Source of the DNA: Hydrolagus colliei
Taxonomy: Eukaryota
Direction of reading: 5' to 3'
Length of the DNA stretch: 64,000 nt
Assembly (NCBI GenBank): GCA_035084275.1
Contig: CM068743.1
Span: 79,608,001 to 79,672,000, forward strand
The translations under genes and the position numbers were made by a program. The notes below the pieces were generated by a model that saw nothing but the letters and a program-made list of their open reading frames with translations, searched no databases and was not told where the DNA came from. Positions 33,229-45,935 of the stretch are shown piece after piece; the first letter of the stretch is position 1, and every line of letters begins with the position of its first letter.

Positions 33229-35056
33229 CTGCAAAGCAGGAGGAATAATCAGAAAAACTGCATTTAATATGGCGTCCCAAAGTGCTTAACAGGATTTACT
33301 ATAAAGTGTAGTGATGATGTATTTTGTAGATAGCCAATTTGGGTAAGGTAGTTTCCCACAAACAATCATGGAACGAAATAAACAATTTTATTTGGGCGAT
33401 TGTTGGCCAGGACACGAGGAAAAAAACGCTTTTTCATTGCAAAAAATGTCGTGGAATATTTGACATTCACCCAAACAGGCAAACAGGACCTCCGTCTCAT
33501 CTGAAGGACAGCACTTCTGAAAATGCAGCACTCCCCCAGCATAGTTTGTGTGTCAGTTTAGTTGAGAGTTCAAAGTCCTATCAATGGGCTAGAACCGACA
33601 ACATTAGAGGCAAGAGTGCCACCAATCAAGCCAGACTGGCACAGACCAAGACGGCAATGGAAAATAATTTCGCAAGACATCTTGGAATGTCTCAATGTTC
33701 TTCACATAAAGTGTAGTGACTATGTAGTTTGTAGGTGATTTAACAAGAACATTTTCTAGGCATCGCTTGTGCTATATTGTCAGGGATCTAGTCCATGAAT
33801 GGATTTTACAGATATGTCACAGCACAGCCTTCTTCAAATGTATATACTCACACACAGTGTTGCAGAAACCTTCACACTTCATTTTTCACTTTGCCTTACT
33901 ACTGCCACCTTCAAAAACTTGCTGAAAGCATTTCTCTTTGATCCTCACTTTTGTCAATGTCCCTTGTCAACATCCAAATTGCTAATCTGCCTTACCAGTT
34001 TGCCAAATGTTTTGAGATGTGCCTTAATATAAAAGTAACAGTATAAGTGCCAAATGCATGGGATTACATTTTTTTGGTGGAGTTGGGGGGGTTCAGCTGG
34101 CTGTTTGACTACAAATATTTTTCAAAGCATTCCGCTATTGACGACGTGCTTGAACATTTGGTAATTTTAACACCCTTGATTTAACTAAATAACGTTATAA
34201 TCATAGTAATAACCCTTAGACTGTATTTGTTCCGGGGCCTATTGTGTCAATGTCTCAAAGAATTCATAGTGAATTGCTGCCAAGTATCATCACTATGTAT
34301 TTTGTAGCCAATTACAATAGCCAGTTTGCTCATGGCAATGTCCCATAAACAGCTATAATGTGAACGACCAATTATATTTTAAGGATTGTTTTCCAAGAGA
34401 TAGAGAGGAACTTCTCTTTTTGGAATACACCTGGGATCTTTTACCATATAATGGGCAAAGGCATTGTGAAAATTGGCTCTCAAGACCCTGAACCTCGTTT
34501 TTTATCCAGTGGAGCAGGCAGACTACATAGTGACAATTCCCTTTGTTATTTCATGACTCATTTAGCATCAGCCCAGGAAGCAGACATAGAGCATGTCACA
34601 TTGATGTCGTTGATGTTCCTTTTGAGGTTGAAGCGCCTTGAGACGTCCTCCTGACGTGAAAGGCACTACACAAGTGTAATTTTGTTGTTGTTGTTGTTGT
34701 TGAGGCACACACTGGGGATGACCAAGGAGCTACTTGACTTTGAATTGGACCCACCGTTGGACTTGATCTTAAGACGTGCGATGCTCGAGCCGAATGTTGG
34801 CTTGGCACCACTGTCGAAGTCGGCCTGACCTCGACAGGATTTGGCGAGGGCATGAAAGCAAAACAAAATGTAAGGAAAGGAAATCAGGACAAGTAAGTGA
34901 AAGCAAGAGTTTGGAGAAATTCTCTTCAGTGTTAGACGCAGGGCCTTTGATGGTGTCTTGCTCAAATGGAGGTAATCCCACCATGATTGACATCACCAAA
35001 GGGTAATGCTGAACAGAATTTCTCCCCAGAGGGTTGTGCCATTAGTTCAAGCAGAC

Positions 35057-35221
35057 CTGGACACACTGCTGAATTGTTGCATAGTCTCATTTCCCGCAGG
35101 GGTCCACTGCAAGAGGTACCATACGGAGATGACACGCAGGATCTCATCCGGGTCTGTGTACCCTGCCCACACGTCGATGAGCAGACAGTCCAGGGGGACC
35201 ATTCCTCTGCTGCAGGGTCGC
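35057..35221 (-). CDS. ADGRB1: ADGRB1 exon, TSR2
   Basis: tctttttcag|GCGACCCT...TGTCCAG|gtctgc; 165 nt, phase 1-1. [55 protein letters not shown]. Confidence 0.96.
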
Positions 35222-38200
35222 CTGAAAAAGAAGATTCATTCCATAGTTACTCTCTGCTGCTGTTTCTGCTGCTGTGGAGCCCTCTTATTATCATACCATG
35301 GTTCTTGGGTCAAAATGAATTGTGCCAAAACAGATTGTGGAACCAAGGGATGAAAATTGCGATGTGGGATGTGTTAAATAACATCGACGCCTGAAATTAA
35401 CGCTTGCATTAAATTTAGTGACTTAATGACATTTAATGCATTGACTGGACCCTTTACTGAAGGCCAATCCCTCAATCCTCCCTCTTTATTCACCTTTCTC
35501 AATGGTTGCATCAAGAAGCTGGAGTTCTGGCATTAGACTGGAGGCGTTTCATTTATTGTGTGTTGTTGTTTAGTTAAGCTAGCTGACCTGCAGTTCAATA
35601 TCGTGAACTGTGAACGTGGTTGGCTCCTGCCTTTGATGGCTGCATTGTACTCTGAAACTCTGGTACACCCTTCCTCTATCTCTCTGCCTTTCCCTCCCCA
35701 TTTTCAGGTTGCACCTGAAGATCTTTCTGTTTGACTGTGCATACTGTCACCTCCCCTGCTATCCAGATCGGAGTCCTGCTCCACTACCGTCAAGCACTCT
35801 GAGATGCTATCCTGCATGAAGGGCATTATATAAATGGAAGTTGCTGTTGTGGTGGTGCAACTGACTGCTTGATGCAACCATTGAGAAGGGCATTGAGGGA
35901 TGCCTCTGGGTAGCAGTATGTGTGTAAATTGACATAAGGACACTAAATTCCATGTACGTGTTAATCAGCACACAGGTGTTAATTGGCGCATGACAACATC
36001 ACATTTTTCATTTCAAAAAGTAGGTCATAAAATAATCATTAACAAAAGGAAGGAACTGAACTGGAAAAGGAAACAAAAGCCAAACAGAGATGAGGATGAG
36101 AGGTGGAAAAGGAGGTTAAAAAGAGCGAGCCGGTGAGAAATGTTACAAAATAGACGAGGAAGGGATTTGAAAGATGAACTCAAAATACATAATGAATCAA
36201 GTACTTAGAAGGGATGTCACGGGGCTACTTACTCTGAGGTGTAAAGAGCTTCAGATAATTTTTTTCATATTAAAAGGGAACTCAACACTAATTTGCGTTT
36301 TCAAAGGAACGATAAGCGATAGTTTAAGCTAATGAAACCTGAATAGATCAAGATTCCCATGCCCTCTTTACAAGAATGTAGGTTCCAAAGAATAAAAGTG
36401 GAATAACTGAGCTCATAATGTTAGATCCCTGAATTTATTTTGAATGCTTTATAAATGTGATAGGACAATACTGCCCGATCTCTTGCTTGTTCTAAAATAA
36501 ACATAGTTTTTGGAATGTGGAATGCCCAGCCTGTAATGGCGGTCGAGACAGAATCCATAGCTGCTCTCAAGAGAGAACTGGATAGAGATTTAAGAAGGAG
36601 TAATTTGCAGAGGTCACCGAGGTGAAAAGCAAGTAAATTGGCTTGAATGATTTGCTCTTTCAAGGAGCAGCACAGACATGATGGGCCAGGTGGTCCTATA
36701 CTGTAAATCTTTATCGTTCTTTGGAATAATAAATAATAGTAATCCTTGCATTTGATATAGCGCCTTATCACACTGACTGAAAGTGCTTCACAAAGAATGC
36801 TGTGAAGTGAATTTGAAAAATAAAATTATAGACTCTGCCTCCATGCTCAACCTCCCTCTTTGTAAAGAATATTTATCTAACCTCACCTTTAATTCTTGTT
36901 GGAATTGTCTTAATATAGAATTCCATAACTTTTGAGCCATTCTTTCCTCAGAGTCCAGGAACACTGCTCCGAAAGTAGATCACATCGGAACCGAGAGCTT
37001 GTGAGTCAGTGTCACATGCTTCCACTGTCCTTTCCTTGTTAACAAATTCCACTAGCACCCCCACCCCCCTCCCCCCCACCATGATAACATTGAAGGGGAC
37101 TCTTATCAGTAGGTGTGACAAATTGAAAGAGATGAATGGGGAATGGCGCCACTTGGTGTGGTTCAAAGAATTCTGTGATAATAATGGATCATGATATAGG
37201 ACAGTATGATAACAAGTGGCAGCTACTGTGCTGGATTATTTCTTTTCTATCTTCTCTTCATTTTTCCATCATCTCAGTTTTCAGGGCAAGTCATGTCTGC
37301 TCCAGACTATTAGCAAATTCATAGTCTCCAAAGTTCCATCTCCACCTTTGGGATAAAGGATGTACAAACTGTTGAGTTTTGGTATTTTCCTTTAACCTCC
37401 AATATGGAATGCTTTCGCCCAGTGATTGCAAAGTGCAAAATCATGCTGCTTCATGAGGAAATGTAGTTTTACGTTCTCCATGTGAAGAAACACAATTGCA
37501 AAAAAAAATCTCTACTTGAAATGAAGGCTCTTAAACCAGAGGGTAGCTATGATAACTAAAAGGAATATAGGTCATTTTCTTTGTCAGATATGAAAATTAC
37601 CAATAAGTACTGGAGCAAAGAAAGGATCCAGACACATCCCAGGGGCTCCATAATACTTGTAATTCATTGATGTTTGAGAGGAAAGATTTATGATGTTGAG
37701 TCTAGTTTTGTGCAATGTTTCAGGATTTGCGTTGACTTCAAGTTCCTTCAAGATCCATTCCCATAAAAGGAGTGGTTGCTCTTTTTTGTAGATAGCCTTG
37801 TAAATGTCCTTTCTGTCTGTTCTTCAAGTGGAGGTGAAAGGTGCTGCAATGCTGTTGAAAAAGAGGCTTTTCCCGTTGTCCTGGGCAAGACTCCTAGAGA
37901 TCAATGAGACATTCACCTTTGTTTGAGGGACCAACCTGGCTTAAAGTAACATTGGAGATGTGTTAAGGCTTTATTGCTTTCTTGATGGATCAATGGTTTA
38001 TGTTCCACTCCACCGTCATTGGGTAATAAGAAGCACCAGTTGCAGTCCAAAATTACCATCCCTATACTCACATAACATCTCCATCCTGCATTCTTTCAAC
38101 CTGATCCCTACTGTTTCTGCTCTATTAACATTAACAAGGTTTATCGTATCATTAGACTGTAAGTTGTCTGTAAGTCTGTGAATGAATAGGCACAAGAGTT

Positions 38201-38519
38201 GTGACAAGTCCAAGACAAGAAAGTAAGAAATACAGAATTAAGATGTCATGGCACGGAAACAAGTCATTTGGTTCATTTATTCTGCGCTGATTTTTTTTAA
38301 ACCTAACAAAACACCTAGTATAATCCCACTCTCCTGCTTACTTTTGATATTCTGCTTCCAGCATGATCTAAATCCCCTTTATAATGATTATAGTAATAAT
38401 TTTTACATTTCATGCCATCAAAATGTCTCAAAGCACTTTACAGGATTTATTGTAAAGTGTAGTGATTTTGTATTTTGTAGGTTCATGTGGTAACTAATTT
38501 GTAAACAGCTATGAAGTAA

Positions 38520-38815
38520 ATAATAATCCTTGCATTTGATATTTACCAATTTTATCTGGTACATTGTTGGCCAGAACACCAAGAAAAATTCTGTTTTTTT
38601 TCAAATAGTGCCACGGCATCTTTAAGATACACCCAAACAGACAAACCTTATTACGATTTAACATCTCATCCAAAGAATAGTATCTACAGCAATGCAGTGC
38701 TCCCCCAGAATTTCAATGGAGTGACCTCTTAGATTGTGCACTCAATGTCCCAATGTGAGGCTTGAACCCCAAACTTTCTGAGACAAGTGTGTTACCATCT
38801 GAGTTTACGTGACAC
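38520..38815 (-). mobile_element. Deu-domain SINE
   Basis: gttggccagaacacc...ttcaaatagtgccacggcatcttta...tttaacatctcatcca...cttgaacccc (reverse-complement Deu domain and tRNA head). Confidence 0.65.
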
Positions 38816-41181
38816 CTCTTCGTGGACTCTGCCCTCAATATTGATGTCTATTTAAGGATTCCATATGAAACATGAGAAGCAAAGCATTTGTCGAATGTGA
38901 AGCTCTCTCTCATGGGTACTGCAAACTCTGAAATTATGCTCTCTTGAATACACACAGAGTTGTCCATGCTGGACAGCATTGATGCACCAAACTGTAAGAA
39001 ACCTGTTCTCTATTCATACACTAGTGCAGTGTCTTATGATGCTTATGATGCTCCCAGCATTAATCAAGGTCAACCTTATGCACCATCTGTCCTTGTTCCA
39101 GCTATCTTCACCAGTACTTTCCCATCTAATGTGCTAAATCATGACTGTGAAATAAGGAAGGGGTTTATCATCTGAAACAACGAACCCTTCCTTTATCTCC
39201 AGATTTCAACCATTCCTCTCTCTTTACCTCCCACTCTCTTTTTTCTTTACCTCCCCAATCCCTCCCATTCACAAGATCATAAGATCATAGGCCTTTCAAC
39301 CTATTTGATCTCATCCTTCCAAGGTACCAACCTAACATCCTCCCCACATCCTGGTATCAAATGAAAAAGAATCATTAATTGATTCACAACATCCTGGCCA
39401 CAGCCACCCTTCCTGGTAATTCTGTTCCAGTCATAAATTACCTCTATATAAAGAAATATGCAACGCAGTTGCCTTCCTCCCTTATTTCACTCAAGCTCCA
39501 ATTACAAGATTCCACACACATTTCCCTGCACCCACTCTGTATGAAAATCCAAACTGATTGTATTGCTGCCCACTTTAGGTTGTTCTTCCCCAGGACCTCA
39601 GCACTGTGAAACCCCTCATCTCAGTTGGTTTTACTTTCCTCCTAGAATCTACAGGCTGTTAAAACCACAGCTTGTTGAATTTATCTCATCTTTTTTCTTG
39701 CTCTTATCAAGCTTGGTGGTGCCTTACCTTTGAACACTGGTCCCTCACCTAGGTTTCTGAATAAAAGCAAATGCACAGTCTTGTGTGGGGAGTGGGGGTT
39801 GGGAAGCTGAGAATAGAGAGAGGGTAATTCAGATGCCATCACAAAACCACAAAAGCAGCTTTGCAACAACCACATCTAATTATATTGACTACAACACCAA
39901 CCCAAAATTACTCTCTGCATTGGTCTAGTATTGAATGAAGTGCTGCTATTACTTTGTATTTCCGCATTGCACCTAAAAAATAACACATTCACATGCCCAT
40001 CTGAATTCATCCTTAAAAAATGTCTACCCTAGTGCTCTTCTGAAATTGCTCTTCACAAACACTCAATTTATGCCCCCTTGTCCTGCTGCATTGACATATC
40101 TCACAAGATAACAAGGGAAGTCCAGCCAATGAAAGCCCTTCAGACTATCTGATGAGCCTCATCCTTCCAGAATACCTCCTGTTGTATCAGGCTGCTTCAT
40201 CATTAAGTCCCAATGCCCTGCCTCAACCAACCTTCCTAGTGACTCATTGCAGTTGGTAATTACCCTCTAGTTGCCCTGTGTAATAATCCCGACCTGTGCC
40301 ATCTTGTTCTGCTGCATTGGTTTATATGAAATTGTTCTGAAATTGTTTCTCAATCCTGAAATCCTTCAATTTTTATACCTGTATAAAGTCTCATCTAAGA
40401 CATCTCCTTTCAAACCTGACAATCCCCAAATTATTTCTGTTGGCTTGTCTAATTGTTGCTCACAGCAACTTCTTTAAAACTAAAGATCAGCTTTGTATTC
40501 GTTCCGAACTAAAAGTATGCAGTACTGTACTCCTTAAGCAGCCTGATCAGAGTAGTTTCAGCATGGCTTTTGGGGAAACTCAATTGATTTATTAACAACA
40601 AAGGGCATCGTGAAACAATGAAAGTCCACATGAAAGAAAAGGTAGAATAAAGATTATTATGTTTCACAAGGAGTCATTTTACTGTATATTACAACTCTGC
40701 TCATAAATGTATAGCCAGCTGGCACATGGAATATGAATTAACTAGGTTATTTATTGGAAAAACCCCAAAACATTTACTGACATACAAGCATTGCCTGAAA
40801 TTCGGAGCCCTATATTAGTGTTGGAGCTTCAAATTTCTGTAAATCATCAGATGTTTCAAATATAAAAGCATTTCTGCAGATTACAAAACAAAATGCACAA
40901 GTCACATAACTGCCAGATATTTTCAGGCCCTTAAAGTATTGTTTAAAAAGCCAACTGTGATTCTCTCCGGTAGAAAATTTAAGAACACCAGAAAGTGTAG
41001 AATGGGCACAGGCCATTTGGTCCATCAACCCCACTCTTTCTCCAAACAATTTATAACCTACTCTATCATAGATTCCTCAATATAAACTCACCCTATCATA
41101 GACTCCACAATTCAAACCTATGAGGGATGGGTGAGACGGAGGGCTAAATGGAGGGAGTGTAGTTGCTGAAGGCTCAGTCAT

Positions 41182-43385
41182 CAACAACAACAACAACAAA
41201 ATTGCACTTATATAGCGCCTTTCACGTCATCCCAAAGTGCTGAACAGTCTGGTAGGGACCTGAGCGGTGAGGGGGGGGGGGGGGGGGGGGGACGATGACG
41301 ACGAAGCAGGGGGAAGCGGAAGGAGAGTGGGAAAGGGGGAAGAGGCCGAAGGCGCAGTTGAAGAGGAAGGTTTTGAGACTGGCCTTGAAGGAGGAAAGGG
41401 AGGAAGCAAGGTGGAGGGGCTGCGAGATGGAGTTCCATAGTGTGGGAGCAGAGAGGCTGAAAGCCTGGCCACCGATGGTTGGGCGGTTAGGGAGGTGGAC
41501 ACGGAGCAGGAATGAGTCTGCTGAACGGAGGGTGCGGGCAGGCTGATAGGGAGACAGCAGGTCAGAGAGACAGGTGGTGGCAAGGCTGTGAATGGCCTTG
41601 AAAGTGAGGATAAGGATCTTGAATTCAATCCTCTGAGTGACGGGAGCCAGTGGAGACGGGCGAGGGTGGGAGTGATGTGGTCGTGAAGCCTGCTACGGGA
41701 GAGTACACAAGCTGCAGAGTTCTGAATAATCTGCAGCCTGTGAAGGGAGGCTGGGGAGGCCGACGAGGAGAGAGTTCCCGTAGTTGAGCCTGGAAGTGAT
41801 AAAGGCGTGGATGAGGGTTTCGGCGGCGTGGGGATGAGGTAGTGGCGGAGTCTGGCAATATTGCGGAGGTGATGGAAGGCTGTGCCGGTCATAGAGCGGA
41901 TGTGGGGGAGGAAGGATAGCTCAGGATCGAACAAGATGCTCAGATTCCTGATTGGCTTCGAGAGGTGGAGAGAACAGCCTTGAATGATGATGTTGTCAGC
42001 GCCTGAGGTGTGGAGGTGCTGGCATGAGCCAATCAGGAGGGCTTCCTTCTTGTTGAGATTGAGTTGTAGGAAATTTGCCCTTGTCCAGGACTCAATGTCG
42101 GACAGACATGCTATCAGAACGTCAGTGGTCCTGGAATCGAGGGTTGACACGGATAGGTAGAGTTGGGTGTCATCCGCGTACATGTGGAAATTTACCCCAT
42201 GTCTATGGATGATGTCGCCCAGGGGGAGAGTGTAGAGGGTGAAGAACAGGGGGCCAAGGACACAGCCCTGGGGAATGCCGCATGTGACTGTGCGGGAGCT
42301 GGAGGAGAAGCCATTGGAAGAGATTAAGTGAAGATGGTGGGAGAGATAGGATCGGAACCATTCGAGGACAGATCCTTGCAGGTTGAGGAGGGAGGAGAGG
42401 TGGTGGAGGAGGGGATCTATGGTATCGAAGGCAGCGGATAGGTCAAGGAGGACAAGGAGGCAGAGGGAGCCCTGGTCATAGATGGTCAGGATGTCGTTTG
42501 TGACCTTGACCAGGGCAGTTTCCGTGCTGTGGGAGGCACGGAAATCCAATTGGAGGGGTTCGAGGAGTGAGTGTTGTGTGAGGAAACAGAACTGGGAGGC
42601 AATGACTCCTTCAAGGACCTTGGAAAGGAAGCGGAGGTTGGAGATGGGCTGGTAGCTAGATAGCTGGGACACATCGAGGGAAGGAAGGCTTTTTTTAAGA
42701 TGGGGGTGATGGTGGCGGTTTGGAAGGCAGTGGGAACAGTCCCAGATGAGAGGGACAGTTCGTGTCAGTGATTAGAGGGGCTAATAGGTGGAGCTGGATG
42801 GTGAGGAGAGGGGTGGGGATGGGATCTAGGGAGCAGGTGGTGAGCTTCATTGAGGAGATGGTCTCAATGATGGAGGAGATGGTCTCAATGATGGAGGATA
42901 GGGAGACGGGGTCGAAGCTGTGGAAGGAGGGGTAGGTAGGAGACAGGGTGTGGGGAGTAGGTGGAAGTCGGGGGGACAATGACCGCAGAGCGAATTTCCT
43001 CGATTTTGGTCACGAGGAAATCCAGCATCTCCTCGCAGTGGGAGTTGGAGGAGAGGATCTACGAGGTGAGGCGGGGTGGATGGAGGAGGTGGTTGGTGCT
43101 GGAGAAGAGAAGCCGGGGATTGTCCTTAGCCTCCAGGATTATCTTGGAGTAGAAGGACAATTTGGCAGAGGATAGGCGGAGTGGTAGGAGGATGTGAGGT
43201 CCAGCCAGATATGCCAATGGACCTTGAGGCCGGATTTGAGCCAGGTGCGTTCAGCGGCCGGCACTTGGCCCTTGAGGGAATGGAGGTGAGTGATGAATCA
43301 GGGTGAGGTTCGGGAGTAGGAGGCAGTTCAGGAAGTGAGGGGGGCAAGAGTATTGAATGTGATGGAGAGGGTGTTGTTGAGCAGG
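41182..43385 (-). mobile_element. 5'-truncated L2-clade LINE with largely intact RT
   Basis: ORF 41227-42672 contains YQPISNL.FLSKVLE, STETAL.KVTNDI, LLDLSAAFDTID, GIPQGCVLGPL, HMYADDTQLY; (ttg)n tail; closely similar to 11451-13475. Confidence 0.96.
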
Positions 43386-44664
43386 GTGAGTGCGGAGGAT
43401 GGGTTAATACAGGAGTTGGGTCAGAATCAAGGATTTTATTGATGGAGCAGGGATTGCATATGCTGGGAATCTGTTTCACATATTGCTATTGCTCCAAAGG
43501 AAATACAGTATCTTTTATCATTTCCAACAGCACTTCAACGTGTCCATTTCAAACTTATGCCAAACCATTTGACATCCATAGTTGATATTCATTGATTAAA
43601 GTCATGTAATCTGCCCTTTGTCTTGCTCCCTCCCTTGCCTCTTTCAAGATCGGTCTCAAGACCCTCCTCTTTGACCATGCTTTCAATTGCCCTCCCACTT
43701 CTCTCCCTACCCTCCTTCATTCCAACCCTCCCCCACCTTACTGTTCAGCACCTAGGGATATCCTCCTGACATGAAAGGCACTCTACAAATGTAAATTTGT
43801 TGTTGTTGATCATACTTTCATAATCTATTTCTCTCAATTGAAAGACCTGAATTAAACCTTACATCCCAAATTGTTTCAATTAAGACAACAATAGGTTGCA
43901 CTAATTGTCAATTCTGCAGAGGATAACGATTTTCACAGAGACACAGTGGATCACCACAAGGTGGGAGTATTGGAGGGGTGGAGTTAAGGATGTTACAATC
44001 AAAGAGATATGATTTCAGGAAGCAAGGAGAGAAGATGCAAGATAAAGATCCAGAAAACTGGAAAGTAATGATAATTATAATTTATTCATAATATTTTATA
44101 TTAGGATAATATAATACTTGAAGCTAATGGTGGAAGTAAATTGAGGAGGGGCATGCAACAAGCCTGAGTTTTGAGGAAGTGCAAGATACAAGCTGGAGCA
44201 TGGAGCCAGAGGTGACCTTTGAACTTTTCCAATCCTGCCTTTCTTCTTCTTGTAATGCAATAAAAACGCAGAAGAAAAGGTCCTTCACACCTTCTAAAGA
44301 ATGTGTGTAATCTGTTCCACTGTGCCGAACAGTTGCAATCTGCTCAGTAAAGGATCTCCCTCAACTTTGATCCACAAAGCAGTAAAATCTTTCAGGATGC
44401 CCTACATGATATGTTTCTGTCAGGATGCTTTCCTCAGCATGATTTTTGAGTCTCTCACAACATAGTGACTTCAATACTAACAACAGAGCCTTTTGTGTAA
44501 GGAAAACCTTCAAAGAAATGATGTGAGACTGAGCAAACTGGGGGGAAGGGAGAGGAATTGGGGGTTAGGAGGAGGGATATCAAACAAGTTGTTTGTAAAA
44601 GAGCTTTGAAGACAAGGTGAGGTTTTTTGAGGAAGAGCTCCACAGAATGGGAAAGGAAGTGTGC

Positions 44665-45270
44665 GTAATAATAACAATCCTTGCATTTGATGTAGCACTT
44701 GATCACATGTTTGAGATGTCCCAAAGTGCTTCACAGAATATACTGTAAAGTGAATTGTGCACAGCAGTATCCCACAAACAATTGTGGATTGAATTTTTTT
44801 TGAAGGAATTATTACGGAAGGAAAATCTATAACCAGGGGTCACAGTCTTAAAATTAAGGATCAGCCTTTTAGAACAGAGTTGAGGAAACATTTCTTCACT
44901 CAGAGAGTAGTGAATTTATGGAATTCAGAACATTTTCAAGGCTGAGACTGATAGATTTTTTTTAAAAAAGAGGGATTAGGAGATATGGGGATTGGGCAGG
45001 TAATTAGAGTTAGGTCAGAAGATCAGCCATGATCTTATCGAATGGCAGGGCAGGCTTGAGGGGCCGAATGGCCTACTCCTGCTCCTAATTCTTATGTTCT
45101 TTTTACCCCCAGAAAAGCAATCTGCCAATTGACTAATAACTGTGTTCCTACTTACTGCTGGATAAACAGTATGTAGTAAAGAAACTTGCCCAACGTTTCC
45201 TCCTTCTGGGAATCAAACTCAGGTCTCTCTCTTGCCGGGTGAGTGCTCTAACCACTAATCGCAGGACTCC
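44665..45270 (-). mobile_element. tRNA-headed SINE split by a CR1 insertion
   Basis: Head ggagtcctgcgattagtggttagagcac...gtttgattcc at 45270-45105; 3' body and tail at 44800-44665; same family as 14679. Confidence 0.78.
44820..45100 (+). mobile_element. CR1 LINE 3' fragment
   Basis: accaggggtcacagtcttaaaattaagg...ttcttcactcagagagtagtgaatttatggaattc...gggccgaatggcctactcctgctcctaattcttatgttct. Confidence 0.85.
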
Positions 45271-45407
45271 AGGACAAATAGTTAAAAGCTGAGCTACCAA
45301 TGCTGATTCAGTGGGGATTTGGGATGTTCGGCAGCTTCATTAGATTTTACAGAGCAAAGGGAATAGGTAACCAGGGAGGTTGATGGATGAGAGCAAATGA
45401 GGTTCTG

Positions 45408-45935
45408 AATCATAGAATTATACAGCACAGAAGAAGGTCATTCGGGCCAGTGTGTCTGTACTGGCTGTTTGCAAATAGCTGTCCAAATCAATCCCACTCT
45501 CCTGCGCTATCCCCAAATAACTATCTACTTCTCTCTTAAAAGTTGTTATCAAATTGGCTTCCACCATCCGTTGAGGCCATGCATTCCAGATCTGAACAAC
45601 TCGCTGGATGAAAATATTTCTCTTCACCTCCGCTCCATTTCTTTTAACAACTATTTTAAATCAGTGTCCTCAGGTTATCTACCCACCCACCAGTGGAAAT
45701 AGTTTATCCTTGTTCACCCTATCGAAACCCCTGAAAACTTTGAAAAGTTCTATTGAGTCTACTCTCAACTTTCTCGACTCCAATTAGAATAATCCTAGCT
45801 TCTCTAGCCTCTCCTGATAAATAAAGTCCCTCATTCCTGGTACCATCCTGGTAAATCTGTTCAAATAAACAGATTTACACAGTACTCTAGCTGAGGCTAA
45901 ACCAGTATTTTATAAAGGTTTGTCGTAACTTCCTG
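45408..45935 (-). mobile_element. CR1 LINE 3' fragment
   Basis: RNIFIQRVVQIWNAWPQRMVEA..ITTFKREVD (CR1 ORF2 C-terminus) plus a 3' UTR matching the 25550 copy. Confidence 0.85.
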
